Positions 18,901 through 33,000 of a stretch of 64,000 nucleotides of DNA are shown here, piece by piece (position 1 is the first letter of the stretch; every line of letters begins with the position of its first letter). Location of the stretch: NCBI RefSeq assembly GCF_000315625.1, contig NW_005434613.1:430809-494808 (forward strand). Direction: 5' to 3'. The position numbers and the translations under genes are program-made. The DNA is from Guillardia theta CCMP2712. Its lineage: Eukaryota > Protista > Cryptophyta. Under the pieces are notes generated by a model that searched no databases, was not told the DNA's origin, and worked only from the letters and a program-made list of their open reading frames with translations.

Positions 18901-21191
18901 AGGCTGAAGACAAGTCACTTATCAACGGGACGTCAGCGGAGAGGAGTCTGATCCAGTCGAACAACTTCGATCCCCACATGCCTTACCTAGTAGAGACCAC
19001 TGCTCTCTGCAACGTTTCTGGTTGGGCTCGAGGTGCTTCTTGTCTGTCGACCGCATCTGCAATGGTTTCGTCTGGGTACGCAGCATGTGTCTTCAACGCG
19101 ACCCTGCAGAAGGTCGTGCAGGTTTGCCCTGCGGGATATGCCGCTAGCTGCGGTGAAGGTTTGCCTCCTGAATGCATCAGCCAAAACTCTTCTCATCGTC
19201 AGGCGTCCCTTGCATTCTTGTTACCCTTCGATTCCTACGCTAAGCTCTATTTCAAAAGCAATGCGCAGCTGAGCCTTTGTCAAGCAGCAACATGCAAATA
19301 CCTACCTGCAGATGTTCTGCTGACCCGAGTTGATATCGGATGGTCGAGCACAGCAGGTGTGCCGTCTGAGTTAGTTCTGCTGGTGTTTAGCGATGGAAGC
19401 TCTCAAACTCTCAACCTGACGCATCCGGATCAAGTCTTCACCTACTACATCCAGCCGGTGGTCACTCAGTCCCTGTCAATACAATCTCCGACGGCGTTGT
19501 ATGATCTTTCCGTATTTTGGTTGGAGCCTTTCGGACAGCAGTTTTCCGAGACCAGGCATAATGAAGCCATGAAGGTCGCAGACATCTTACAGCAAGACTT
19601 CATGGCGAGAGATTACAACTTCTCTTGTCCCCCCACCACCTTCAGATCAGGAAGATATTGCACCGCGTGCCCTTATCCGCAGGTCAACTTTGGGCCCAAC
19701 GGCCATGAGTGCCGTTGCCCTGTATGCGGCGATGGTGCAGTGCAATGGCAGGCGAGGGAGCAGTGTGACGACGGCAACCTGATCAACAACGATGGTTGTA
19801 GCTCGGAGTGTACCATCGAGGTCTCGCAAGTCTGTCAGGGCCCCAAGAATCCTTTCACCTTGGTCGGGATCCCATCCGAGTCTTACTACATCAAAGATCA
19901 GTGCAACCGCCCCGGCGCCTTCTGGACGGACTTCGGCACTGCGTCGTTTGCGCCGCGTTTCGGACTGACGGCAACCTATCACCGCAACTACACGTGGATC
20001 TTCGGAGGTGATGCCGCTGGTTCTATCGCTCCCTCCCCTCCTGACCCGTTTGCAGGCATCGGCTCCAACTTCGCCAACTTCTACAACGACATCTGGATCA
20101 TGAACGAGACGGACCTCTGCGTCCCCAGGAAAGAGTCTCAGTCTTGCGCGAATGCCGGGCCCAACGGAGGCTCTCCGGTGATCTATCACAAGATCACATC
20201 GATAGGCGACACACAACCCAGCGCGCGGGGCCTGCACGGAATGATCTCCTTCAAGGGGAAGCTGTATCTTATCGGGGGAGCGATAGCCAACAACGAACAA
20301 CAGAGAAATCTGAATCAAAGTTTTGATGATGGTGATGCCTGCGTCTGTTGCTCCCGCACACTGACGATGATCTTCAGTATTTCAATCGGACGGAGTGCCG
20401 TCAACAGGAGGAACTGTCACCTGGACGCGTGTTGGACGCCTTCCGCAGGCTCGATGTATGTTCAGCCTCATTGAGTTCAACAACACCATCGTCATCATGG
20501 GAGGATTGTACGTGACAACTGCAGGAGGCCTCGTTGCTAACCCGATCAGCAACGTGCTGGCGGCGGACCTGCGAGACCCGCAGTTCGGCAGGTCCTGGGC
20601 CCTCCTGACAGAAACGGCGAGATGGGGGCAGCGATACGGTCACACGGTGACGATCCGGGAGAATCTGCTCTACCTGTTTGGGGGGATCGTGGGTAAGAAC
20701 GCGATGAACGACGTCTGGAGGTCTGCAGATGGAATCACTTGGATACAGCTGACGTCGTCAACGAGATGGTAATCGCAAGTGTGTCGGACAAGTTGCGATG
20801 TGACTCGCAGTGTTCAGGGGACGACGAGGGCTGCTGTCAAGCATCTACTACAAGCAGAGCTTGTGGGTGCTTGGAGGGTTCAACAGCACCATGAGCTCGA
20901 CGATAGAACCCAACAAGTTCTACAGCGACGTCTGGGTGTCGACGGGGCTGGAGAAGAGAGCCGATGGCTCGTTGGCTGATCCTGGTGAGATTTGGCAGCC
21001 GGCGACTGAGAACGCAGCGTGGTTGAAACGGGGAGCCTTCGGTAAGGAGATGTTGCTTCGTGCTTGTTTGATGGTTGGGTGCAGCCCTAGCGGTGTACGA
21101 GAAAGGAGCGACAAACAACCTCTGGCTGTTTGGCGGGATGGACTCGCTGATACAGGGACGTAGCGACAGCTTCCGGGCATATGTGTTGTAG
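12935..21191 (+). CDS. Large mosaic protein: TM segments + alpha/beta-hydrolase + Cys-rich (GCC2/GCC3, ephrin-receptor-like) repeats + DUF4215-type Cys repeat + C-terminal Kelch repeats
   Basis: Hydrolase: LHMYCKG, YDRVGFGWS, FVLLGNSAGALYVRQFAHENPELVAAMILIDP (GxSxG). An in-frame phase-0 intron at 16450-16502 joins ORF 15520-16482 to ORF 16506-20474. Cys-rich: CPQNSYKTGSFCTACPISTTSISGATSLVAC and VCGDGAVQ...EQCDDGNLINNDGCSSECTIE. Kelch: WIFGG, LYLIGG, IVIMGG, LYLFGG, LWVLGG, LWLFGG. Stop TAG at 21189-21191. Linkage of the exons upstream of ~15050 is less certain. Confidence 0.75.
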
Positions 21192-21299
21192 ATAGATAGT
21201 GATGTATCGATAGAGAGGAGGAGATTGGACATGGGAGAAGGAAAACAAGGACAAGCAGTTGAACATGAAAGATGTGTTTGGTTGCATGTAAACATTTCA

Positions 21300-21979
21300 C
21301 GGCTCCTTGGCATGTTAGAGCTCAAAAAATTATCCCGCGCTCCAGTCGCGCTCGTTCTAGTCGCTCCTCCTGGTATTTGTCCTTGGCTCTCTGAAAGGCG
21401 ATAGCAGTAGCCTCCTCCCAGACCTGAACCTCCGTCAGACCACCTGTAGCTCAAGTACAGCTGGGGGGTTACCTGGGTGGGGATGTATTCCTCCATGAGC
21501 TGATCTTCTAGAGATTCTTCCCACATGTTCCCGCTGCTCTCAAGACGAGCTATCGCCGCCTCTGCCTCCATCACAGTCATCCTTCGCANNNNNNNNNNNN
21601 NNNNNNNNNNNNNNNNNNNNNNNNNNNNNNNNNNNNNNNNNNNNNNNNNNNNNNNNNNNNNNNNNNNNNNNNNNNNNNNNNNNNNNNNTCTCCTTCTCCC
21701 TCTCCTTCTCCCTCTCTCCTCCTCCTCCTCCTCCTCCCTCCTCCTCCTCTTGTGCAGACCGCAGGCAGCTCTCGAGTCATGTGGCGAGTGATGCCGATGG
21801 CTTTGTCCCTGCGAGCCGTAAGGAGCGGGAGAGCGGAAAGACGCTGACTGACCTCTGAACCAGGAGACCTCTCACCCTCAAGCCGGGTTCCGGTAGCCTC
21901 ACGAGGTTGACAACGGCTCCTGGATCTACAAGTCAACGCACTTGCTGCATCCTCGTCGTCCTCGTCCTCGTCGTCGCCT

Positions 21980-22021
<42 letters not shown>

Positions 22022-23400
22022 TCTCTCGTCCTCGTCCTTCCAGTACGTCTTCTTCCCCTCTCTCCCTCCTCGCTCTCCCTCTTCGTGCTTTCTCCCCCCG
22101 ATTTCCTCCCTTCCCCTCTCTTTCTTCCGCCCACCTGACTCTCGCTGAATCTCCCTCACAACGGAACCTCGCTGCAGACGCATCAGCCGAAGCATGCACA
22201 TCGGAAGAGGGGAGGGACGAGAGGCAAGAGATGAGAACGGGGAGAGGAGACGTGTACCGAGAGGGTGAGAGAGCAGGAGGAGAGAGCAAGAAGGGGAAGG
22301 GGGCAAAGGGGGAGGAGGGGGGAAGGAGAGGGAGGGAAGCGAGAGGGGGGGGAGGAAGAGGAGGAGAATCAAAGAAATCACCTTGCCGATGATCAACCCA
22401 TGAAACTTAACTGGAATAGGCAAAAGCTCCTGCTCCTGCACACGTTCCCATGAGTCACTGACTCCTCTGCACTCATTCCTCGTCCTTCCTTCCTCCTCCC
22501 CCTCCTCCCCCTCCCTCTCCTCTTCCTCTTCCTCATCTTCCTCCTCCTCGACCGGCACCTCCTCCCCCTCCTCCCCCTCGCTCTCCTCTTCCTCTTCCTC
22601 GTCCTCATCTTCCTCCTCCTCGACCGGCACCTCCTCCTCCTCCTCCTCAACCTGCCGGTCGAGGTGTGAGCGAACAATCTTGAGCGCCTCTCGTCGCTGG
22701 CTGTTAGTCCCGGAAATCTGCCCAGCTTGTCAGAGGCGACACAAGACCCCAGCTAGTGTTCAGCTGAGAACTACCTGCAGGAAGGAGGTGTTGCCTTCCT
22801 CAATCAGCTGAAGCTTGGCTCCTGTGTCCTTCTCGATCTGACAAGAGCAGCGTCAGAGGAGGAGGATGTAGGGGAGGACTAGAGGAGGAGCTAGAGGTGG
22901 AGCTAGACGAGGTAAAGGAGGAGGAGGTAGAGGAAGGAAGGGAGGGAGTAGAGAAGTGAGAGGAGGAGGAGGTTGTGATGGTGGTGGTCGAGGAGGGTTC
23001 AAGCGTTTCTCCTCACCCCTCGGATTCTCGCGCCCTTGGCACCTACGGGGAGCATAAGAAGGCAGGCAAGGACGAGAAGGGCATGCAGGACGAGAAAAAG
23101 GAGAAGAGGAGGGGGGAAATGCTGGAGAGAGAGCGGGAGGACAGGGCGGAGAGGAGGGAGACAAGATCAGGGAGAGGAGCAGAGGGCACGGAGGAAGAAG
23201 AGTGAGATCTTCAAGAGGGAGATGGGTACCTATCACGACTGACCACATCTCCTTGGCCAGGTACAACTTCTCCTTCCCCATGCTGTTGAGAATCCCTTGC
23301 GCAGCCTGCATCTCCTCAGCCTCGTTCCTGCGCGACTCCTCCCACCTGATACGCGGCTTTGCGCTGCGATGGCGTCCCCTGCTCGACACGTGAGCGCGGG
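21300..23400 (-). CDS. KH-domain RNA-binding protein (multi-exon, spans gaps, 5' end uncertain)
   Basis: LLPIPVKFHGLIIGK|RGSVVREIQRESG (GxxG loop split by an intron); second KH-like unit LYLAKEMWSVVIG...GAKGARIR...IEKDTGAKLQL...ISGTNSQRREALKIV. Confidence 0.7.
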
Positions 23401-24549
23401 CTACAGGTAGCAGGCAGTGGAAGGACAAGAAGGACAAGAGGAGGAGGTGTGGAGAAGGGAGGAGGGGAGGGAGGGAGGGAGGGGAGGGAGGGGAGGAGGG
23501 GANNNNNNNNNNNNNNNNNNNNNNNNNNNNNNNNNNNNNNNNNNNNNNNNNNNNNNNNNNNNNNNNNNNNNNNNNNNNNNNNNNNNNNNNNNNNNNNNNN
23601 NNCGATAGGGAAATGTACGTCCGCCCACCAATATTGTTTCTTTTTGCGGCCAACGTGTAAAACCCTGTATTCTTTTTTGGGAGACCTCGCGCTCCTCTTC
23701 CATGGCGAAGTGCCATGGCAGGGGGGGGCGAGGTGCAAGGTCAGCATGCGCTAATGTCATGAGGCGTAGGTCACTCTTACCCTTTCTCCCGCCCCCCGTG
23801 CCTTTCGTGATAAATACTCGATAGCATCCCCATTCCTTCTTGATCATCGTTCGGAGAGCTATCTCTTTCCTCCTCCCCCCTACCAAGACCTCCTGCAGCA
23901 TTACCCCCCTCTCCTCTGGTATGTCTCAATCAGGCATCCCAAGATGTGTTTCAGCACAAACTGGCTGCACCCATTAACATTGTGGGAGGAGGGAGGAGGG
24001 AGAGAAGGAAGAAGAGAAGGGAAGGGAGGGATGCCGAGGAAGAGGCGGAAGCAGCAAAAAGAGAGGAGAGGAGGAGTATGATCAGGAGGGAGGGGGGAGG
24101 GAAAAGGGAAGGAGAATGGACGATAACGCAGAGGACGGGAAGAGACTGCGGATGAAGGATGATGTACCTATCCTCGCGACTTCCCTCAGGAGCGAGATCG
24201 ACTGGAAGTTTTCTCCTCCCCCAGCTGAGAAGGTGACGATAGAAAAGCGACGGGGTGGGCGAACAAGAGCAGAGCAAGTCAGAAGAGGCAGGAGTGAGNN
24301 NNNNNNNNNNNNNNNNNNNNNNNNNNNNNNNNNNNNNNNNNNNNNNNNNNNNNNNNNNNNNNNNNNNNNNNNNNNNNNNNNNNNNNNNNNNNNNNNNNTC
24401 TCAGTCGGTGCATCAATCATACTTCCTTACTTCCTCCTTTTTTCGTTTAACCTTTTGCTTTCCGCGTTCCCCCCAGGCAATAGGGTTTAATCCAAGGCTT
24501 TTACCTGACGCTTATCAAAGCTCTACCTGACGCTCGACCTGAAGCTCCG

Positions 24550-25809
24550 TCATCCTTCCATCATCGTCTCTTGCTCCTTCCTCATTTCAATTTGTATTCC
24601 CTACCCCCTCACCCTCCCTTCTCCACCTCACTGTGATGTTGTTGTTGCTGTTGTTTTGTCTTTGTCTTTGTCTTTGTGTTTGTTTTTGTTGTTGACGATG
24701 ATGATGATTACCATTCTGACCCCTTCTCCTCCTCTTCCTCAAGATTTGCTTGTTACCTGCTGAAACATTCCCTGCACTTTGACTACTTTGCCGAAGCTTT
24801 CCTGCAGGACTTAGTTAGCCTTTCCCTTTCCAGCTTCCCTCCTCATCCTCCCTCTTCCCTCCTTGATCTCCATCTCCTCCTCCTCTTCGTTACCATCAAG
24901 TCAACAACGTCAGCTGGTCGAGCACTGTAAGGCAGTCCACGCAGGTAGACCTGCTCTGGTCATCAGGCGAGCGAAGGGAGAGAAGATGGAGGAGGAGGAG
25001 GAGGAGGAAGAGGAGGAGGAGGAGGAGGAGGAGGTGGGATGGGGGGTTGCAGGAGGCAAGCAGGTTCGAGCATGAGACGGGCTGTGATAGACAAGATGTG
25101 TATGAGGAAGAGCGAAGGAGCACGCGCACCTTGGAGTTTTCTCCCATCTCCACCTCAGCTAGGGGGGGAGCGTTGAAGCTCAAGTCGTAGGTCCGAAAGT
25201 CCTCCTCCCTCTTCGCGCCCTTCTGTGACGGTGCTGGACGAGGGGAGCCGCTTTCTACCAACCCGAGAGCCTCCAGCAGACGATCTTGAAGCTCCGCTTT
25301 CACTCCTCCAACCTTCAACGATCCATGTCACTACTCTGTTTCTCCTCCTCCCTCCTCCAATCATCCTTCCCCCTCCCTCCTCCTCCTTCTCCTTCCCAAC
25401 AACCATCCCACATCCTGTCCTCACCTTGAATCCCCTGTCCTTCAGCTGCTCCTTCAGCTCTGCTACTGTCATCCGCAGAACTCTCTCCCTACTGATCTCT
25501 TCTTCCCGAAAGAACTCTTCCCCCAGTTTCTCGTCTTCTTCGTCGAAGAACGATGAGCCCTTGTCATCAGTGCTGGTATCAACACTGCTCATCATCATAC
25601 ATGCGCTCTTTTTTATCCCTCTCCCCGTCATTCCAGTCATCTTCTGCCTCTGGACACATGTCGTCCCGCCAAGGGTTCTGACTTCTCGGGCGAAAGGGGA
25701 AAATGGTAGGGTTCCGACGAATCCGAGGAGAGATGCGCTTCCAAGAGGCGACCTGGCATTACCTCCTTCTGTTCTGACCTGGACCATCTTCACGTCTCCT
25801 GCTTCCGCC
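24550..25809 (-). CDS. SAP-domain protein (multi-exon), possible N-terminal targeting leader
   Basis: RVLRMTVAELKEQLKDRGFK|VGGVKAELQDRLLEAL matches the SAP consensus. A (GCCATC)n repeat at ~25807-25866 gives MAMAMA. Ends approximate. Confidence 0.7.
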
Positions 25810-26449
25810 ATCGCCATCGCCATCGCCATCGCCATCGCCATCGCCATCGCCATCGCCCTCGCCATCTTCCGGCCCCTCGACTTCGGCCCCCGAACAACCC
25901 ACCCTTCTATCAAGCGGACCCCTACCCTCTATCTATCCCTGTAGTACCCACCTAAAAGAACAGACTTTCTTCACCCCCACCCTGACCCGGGGCTCCGACT
26001 CGTGACTTCGGGCCCGGCGAAACTTGACTGAGTCCGGAAACCGACTGACTCGGTCCGAGGCTTTACTCAAAGGTAAGTCACTAGTCACTAGTCACAGTGT
26101 CAGGGTCTCCTCTAAACAAACGATTTACTCCTCTACTCTCCTGATTGTCCTCGTACTGATTTTCACTTAACTAAGTCACTGCACTAGTCAACTTACTGCT
26201 TCCTGAACCTCTGAGAGTGAAGGCTGCCGACATCTCCCTGTGTGCCGCCGCTCAGGGAGGTGGCGATGCCGCAGACCGTCATCATATTAGATGTGCCGGG
26301 CCCGGTCCGGGCGGCCCGCGGCGCCGCCGAGACGAGCCGCCGGGCCCTGCTATCATCCCCCTCATTCCCTGATATTCCCCTCATCCCCCACCTCAGGCTC
26401 AAATTGGTTCCTCTGGATGTCAAATCGGGCGAATATCATGTTGGGCCAG

Positions 26450-29400
26450 ATGGCGACGATGAGGGAGGGAGGGATGGAGAGAGAGAGAGAAGGAGAGAGA
26501 GGGAAGGAGACAGACAGAGGGAGGGAAGGAGGGAGAGAGAGGGTGTGTGAGAGAGGGAAGGAGACAGACAGAGAGAGGGAGGGAGGGAGGGAGGGAGGGA
26601 GGGAGGGAGAGGAGTGACCGAGAAGCGCCTGCTGCTCTAAGTCAAAGCTGAGGCCGTCGCATCATTCCTACAGGATGACCTGAGAATCTTCTTCGCCGGG
26701 CTCGAGCGGCATGCCTCGCTGCAAATGCTGCCAAGAGAAACGGGAGGAGCAAGACAAACCTCCGTCTGCTTCCTCCCTCACTCTCGAGTCTCCAAAGGTG
26801 AGGGAGGGAGAGGGAGGGGAGCAGTAGCTCAAGAGCAGAGGTCGCGATCGTGTTGAGCTCACTGTGATGCCCTTACGGCAGGTCGACAACAGCATGAAGT
26901 TCGATCCAGAGCCGCCCCAGGGACGGCCGGCCGCTCATGCGAGCGATCCAGGCGGAGAAGGGGAGGAGGGCAATGGCAAGAGCAGCCCCCTGCAGTGGCG
27001 GAGAATGCGAGTAGCCAGGAATGGGGTACGGTTTTCTGCTGCTGCTTCATCCGTCTTGGCTGACTCGCCTCCCCTTGCAGTCATGGAGAAGTTTCTTTCA
27101 AAGCTCCAGTCGAGGTGGACCCCAGCCCGTGATGCAGAGGAGCCGATCTGAAGGATCGTTCAAGAGGAGGGAGGAGGTGGTAAAGGGGAAGAAGGCGGTG
27201 AAGGTGGAGAAGGTAGTAGTGGAGGAGGAGTTAGTGAGAGACAAGGGGGCAGTGAAGGTGGAGGAAGTGATGAAGGTAGGGAAGGAAGGGGAGGATGAGG
27301 CAAGAAGGGAGGTGCAGGAGCTGGTTTCAGAGAGAAGCATTGAGGAGAGCAAGATCGGCAGAGACCTGAGTCATCAAAGTGAGGATTCTGAAGAGACGTT
27401 GAACTCAGAATGCGACTGGTCGGTCAGGATCCCACCAGGAGATAGCAACGAACTTCACGAGAACCTTTCAGAGCTGTCGGAGCCGGAGGAGGACGAGACC
27501 TCAATGTCGTTGACTCAGGTGCTTGCCTGCACTCCTCCTCCTCCTACTACTACTACTACTGATGAACTTGGCCAGACTTCGAGTCACTGGATGAGTCAGC
27601 ATCTGCGGGTCGTCGCACAGCAGCAGCTCCATGCTGCATCCTCGGCCATGACTCCTCTCAAGGTGACCGACGGGTTGGTCACGAGCAAGAACGACCCAGA
27701 ATACAGGTAAGCGTTGGAAGGAGGAGAAGCACGAGGAGGAGGAAGGTGGGGGAAGAGGGAGGAGGAAGGTGGGGGGATAGGGAGGAGGAAGGTGGGGGGA
27801 TAGGGAGGAGGAAGGCAAAGGGGGGGGGGGGGCGGGGGAAGGAGGAGGAGGAGGAGGAGGAGGAGGAGGAGGAGCTTGATTCTACCGTAGACTCTCAGCC
27901 GGATGGATGGACAATCCTCCATCGCCGTACCGAGAGCAGGATGACACCTCTCTCGCTCTCTCTGCTGCCTCCTATGTGGTCGACACCAGGTCACACGCAC
28001 TCTTGTCCACCTTCTCGTCATCTTCTCGCAGCTGGCGAGAGAGCCCGAGCATCAGAGGTCATGCCGCGATGATGTACTGGAGGATCCTCGAGGAGAGATG
28101 TAGTCCATCTCCTCCTCCCCTCCTCCTCCCCTCCTCCTCCTCCTTCTGCTCCTGCTCCTGCCCTCCTGCTCCCGCTCCCGCTCCCGCTCCCGCTCCCTCC
28201 CTCACCCGGTTAGCAGCCACTGGCAACTTGAGTCGGAATAAGAGGATCAGGTTTGTGCTCGCTCTCGATGCCTCAGCCGACCCTCCTCTAGATCATCTTA
28301 CTATTCTCCTCGTACCTCACTTCCTTGCATCCCCCCTCTCCCTCCCTCCCCCCCTCCTTCTTGTAGAGCAGGCGTGACTGGCATCTGCAGGAGCAGCCGC
28401 AGGCGCGGAGAAGGGAAGGAGCAGCCGGGATGGCTCACGATTCCGAGCAACATCGAGGAGCGCAGAGTTGCCCTCATCCAGCAGCACAAGGTGCAATTGG
28501 AGGAGGAGGAGGAGGAGGAGGNNNNNNNNNNNNNNNNNNNNNNNNNNNNNNNNNNNNNNNNNNNNNNNNNNNNNNNNNNNNNNNNNNNNNNNNNNNNNNN
28601 NNNNNNNNNNNNNNNNNNNNNNNNNNNNNNNNNNNNNNNNNNNNNNNNNNNNNNNNNNNNNNNNNNNNNNNNNNNNNNNNNNNNNNNNNNNNNNNNNNNN
28701 NNNNNNNNNNNNNNNNNNNNNNNNNNNNNNNNNNNNNNNNNNNCAGGAGAGGATATCGATGCAGGAGTCGGAGGAAAGCGAGCAGCTGGTTGTCCTCAAG
28801 GGTGAATGAGAAGGCATCTACTCTCGGGCACTCGCGCAGCAAGGAGCAAGACAAGCCTTCCTCTCCCTTTTGTCCTGCTGTGAAGAACACAGCACTACAA
28901 CGCTTGCTGCAGAAGCAGGTTGAGGCTACTTGCCTCCCTCCCCTCCCCTCCTCCCTAAACCCGTCCTTCCCTTCTCTGATCTCCCTTCCCTCCCTCCTCC
29001 CCTTCTCTGCTCTCCCTCCCCCCCCTCCTTCCCCTTCTGTTCCTCCCTGTCGGCCTCCCATCCTTATCCCACACTCCCCGTCTGAACTCCTCTTACGTCG
29101 AGCGGGTTTCTCACACAGTCAAGCAGCAACAAGTCTTGTACTCATCGTCGCCTCTCTCTCCCGGTCGACTCGTCCCTGCTCCTCCTCTCCTGACCCTCCC
29201 GCAGGAAAGATGGAGCCTTCAGCTTCCACCACCGCCGGGTGGTCGTTGGTTCACCATCAGATCAGCATGAAGGTGTTGGAGCGGCAGGAGGGTCCACTTG
29301 TCCTGACCGCTTTCAGCTCGACGAGGACGACCAGCCATGGCCCTCTCCTCTCCAGCCCGGCCTCGAAAATACTGTACATCTCCGCTCCAGCTGAATTTCA

Positions 29401-29736
29401 GCTGAATCCTCCGTGTTGCAGCCGACCCCCGCCAAGAGCCTCAAGAGCAGGAGGACCGCAAAGGTCTGCTCTGCTCCAGCTGGGCTGGGACGCTTGCATC
29501 TCATTCGACTTGTCTTGCAGTGCTCCGTGTCAGAGCTGCCGAGCTCCGAGCAAGGCATGTCGATGCTCCGATCCATTTCCTCCTCCCTCGCATGCAGCAA
29601 GGTAGAGCAGCTCCTGCCTGAGCCCGTTGACTCTTTCCGCAGGTGCAGCTGGACTTCGACGAGTCTTGAAGCTCGCCAACCCCCCCCCCCTCCCCCTCCC
29701 CCGTCCCGCCCTTCCCCTCCTCCCCCTTTCTCTTGA
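26450..29736 (+). CDS. Hypothetical multi-exon protein
   Basis: Exon-like ORF pieces (DDLRIFFAGLERH; SECDWSVRIPPGDSNELHENL; WLTIPSNIEERRVALIQQHK) with GT-AG introns. No recognisable domain. Confidence 0.4.
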
Positions 29737-29752
29737 CTCAGCTCCTCGTCCT

Positions 29753-29971
29753 TCACTTCTGCTGTAAGACATCTCAGCGAGGACAGACAGCTCGCCGCCT
29801 CCTGCTCACAGTGCGAAGTTTGTTCTCGAGCATCTTGAGGCGGAGGAGGGTGTTGTTGATCTTGGTAGATACCCCAACGTGCTCCTGTGAAGCATCAGAG
29901 GAGGCAGCAGAGATGGTGTGGGAGCGTGAAGGCTTGAAAGACACGGAGAAGGTTGTCGACGATGTTGATTC

Positions 29972-30048
<77 letters not shown>

Positions 30049-33000
30049 AGGAGTATTTCAGACCTCGATGTCACTGGTTGTCTGTATCTTCATGGTTCGA
30101 ATGTCATGGCCTATCAGCCGGATGTTCTGGAACCTGCGGCTCTCAATCAGCTGGTGACGTCAGGAGCTCAATCAGGGACGGACTTGTCCTTCCGCCGTGT
30201 CTTCCCCTTCCTCCTCCTCCAGAACAACTGCAGGAGCTGAGCGCTCTTCTCTTGGAGATGGTTTCGGAGGATCTCGCGTTCAATCAGCGCCTGGTCGTGC
30301 TGCATCAGACATCTCTTCCCCCGCCCCTTCCTTGGCATCCCGCCTGCCACACCCAATACTCCTCTCCTCCTCTGTCTTCTTCTCCATCCTCCTCCTACTT
30401 GTCATTCTCTTCCTCCTCTTCCTCTCCCCCTTCTCCATATCCTCGTCCTTTCCATCTCCTCCTCCTCCTCGCCCTCATCGTCCACCCCTCCACCCCCTCC
30501 CCCTCCTTTGGTCCTCCTCTCTATCTCCTCGCCCTCGCCCTCGCCCTCGCCCTCGCCCCCCCCCGCCCTCTGGTCACCTTGGCTGTCGTCTCGGAGCTGC
30601 TGAATTGGAGGAGGTTGGTGAGGGCGGCAGTGAGGAGGGAGGCCGCCACCAGGCCGATCTGCGAGCTCACCTCAGCCGCTGCTGCTGCTCTACAAGACAA
30701 TCACCATGGCCGCCAGACAGGCTACGAAGCGGCTGACGGAGGTGGTGGGGACGATGTCACCTGAAGGAAGTGATGATGATGATGATGATGAGGAGGAGGA
30801 GGGCAAGACCGTAACCGACGGTGGTTGAGGTGATAAGGATGAACCAGATGGCTGTCGTCATGCGCATGTGGCTGCTCTTGTTGAAGTCCATCCCATGGAT
30901 AACCCAGTGCTGTAGCAGACAGTCAGCAAGGAGACGAGGACGAGAGGAGCAGCGACGTACCATGGCGTTGGGGTTCGCGCATGCTGGGACTTCTTCTCGG
31001 ATATGAGGTAGAGTACAGGCGGTGGTCTCAGCCGCTCGGAACCAATAGGCTGCAGCAGCGTCACGAGAGGCGTCGGAGCCTGAGCACTTGCCAAGGAGGA
31101 CGATGGCGATCATCCACACGAGGGACATGTAGATGGCTGCATACCAACTGGCAGCAGGTGAGAGAAGGAGGAGGAGCGACGGGGCAGATGGCACCTGTGC
31201 ATGATATGCTTGATGGCAAACGATGAGCCGATCTTGGTCCGCTGGAAGCCAGACAGGGTTTGATGTTTGGGGAAGACGGAGAGGATCCAATCCCTGAGGA
31301 CTCGCCAGCAGAGGTAGATGCGGATCAGGTTGCAGCCGCAGAGGATCGTCTCTCCACAAGTGACGTAGATGTTGTTCTCTCCGAGGTTGTCCGTCACTGC
31401 GCACACGATCGTCATATGGTCAAGGCCCCCAGCCTCTGCTGCTCACCCAGCACGAATCTGTATGACGGGGGGTTGTGGACGAGGACGAGGACGAGCTCCA
31501 GCCACAGGGACGGGTCCAACAGCCACCACACTCCAACGTCGGTGATCTGTCATAGGCATCGGTTAGGAGGAGGTGCCGGGAGCAGGTTCTTACCAGGTCA
31601 GTGAAGCAGTGAACATGGAGGCTGACAGCTTCCAACAACCGCGCGATGTAGTACATACGCAAAATGAAAGCTGCACATGAAAGAGTGCAGATGCTGTTCA
31701 TGGCCTTGAGCGCGTTCATGGTGACGTCGCTCTGTCCTCCTCCTTGCATCAGGTACTCGTTCTGTGCCACCGCAAACAACGTGCCCGTCATCCCAAGCAG
31801 AGCTGCCCACTGCCTGTACGACTGCTGCGCGCCATGGAGGGCCTTGAAGTTGTGGTGCCATTTGCCCGTTCCGTCCCTCTGCGTCATCGCCTTCTTGACT
31901 CGCATCTTGAAGCTGCCAGATCGTTTGGACCCCTGCATCGAGGGAAACGTTTGACCGTCTTTAGACAGCTGGTTGATATCCCTCCTCCCTATGCTGTTCA
32001 TGGAAAGTCTCCGCACCAGCGGAACTTTGGCTACTGTCGCTTCCTCCTCGATCGTTTCAAGCATCCCCTGCAGATTCTTGACACGGCTGAATATGATGTC
32101 CACCTTGTTGTTGTCTGAGCCGGATGTTTCGATGTCAACGTACATCTTGTCTTTCATGTGAATCATCGCAGTCAACGACATCTTGGGTGAGTTCAATAGA
32201 ATCTTTATCCACCAATACAAGTTCTGTAAACAACAAGGTCAGTGCGTGCTTGCTTTGCTGCCGATGCTTGCCTTGAAACGGCTTGTGCTGCCTCTTGCTA
32301 TTTTCTTCATCCACCACATTCGGATTCTACCGTCACTATCAGTCGCCTCAACCTCTGACGCGAACACATTACCGCTTGACAGCTTCAGACTGTACATGTC
32401 TCCTTGCTCGCTCCCTCTCAAAGATCGCCAGCGTCCGTGCTTCTTCAGGGTTCCATTGGAACGCGTTGCTGGAGGAGGACAACGTCACTAGCCGCACGAG
32501 GGTCCAGCTGAGTCTCACCTGATGGAGGCTGTCATGAGAGACGCGAACATGAGCCCGAGGAACGCCATGAGGATGCTCGTCATGCGGCCCAGCAACGTCA
32601 CGGCGTAGATGTCGCCGTAGCCGACCTGCAGGCACGTCAGCTGCACTGGGGCCGAGGGGGCATGTCAGACCGAGGTGGAGGTGATGAACATGGCCCAGAG
32701 GGCGTCGGAGTATCGCACGAGAATCGACTCTTTCTCTAGGCTCCCGCTGTCTATTTGCCACAGAACGGCCTCAGGCAGGAAGCAGGAGGGGTGGTCGTGG
32801 AAGGGGAAGAGACATGCTGACGTCTCGAAGGCACGGAAGAAATATCCGAGGACGAGCATCGAGAACATCCATGCAAAGGTCACGAACTGAAAGCCTTTCC
32901 ATCCTTCGAGCAGCGACTTCAACACGTAGAAGCTCCCAATGTTGATCTGTGTGAAGGCCTCGATCGTGAAGTGTTTGGGCATCGTTTTGATGATGAAATC

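Noticed and set aside
29733-30764. 343-aa + strand ORF
   Set aside because: Antisense shadow of the K+ channel's 3' exons and repeat-filled introns.
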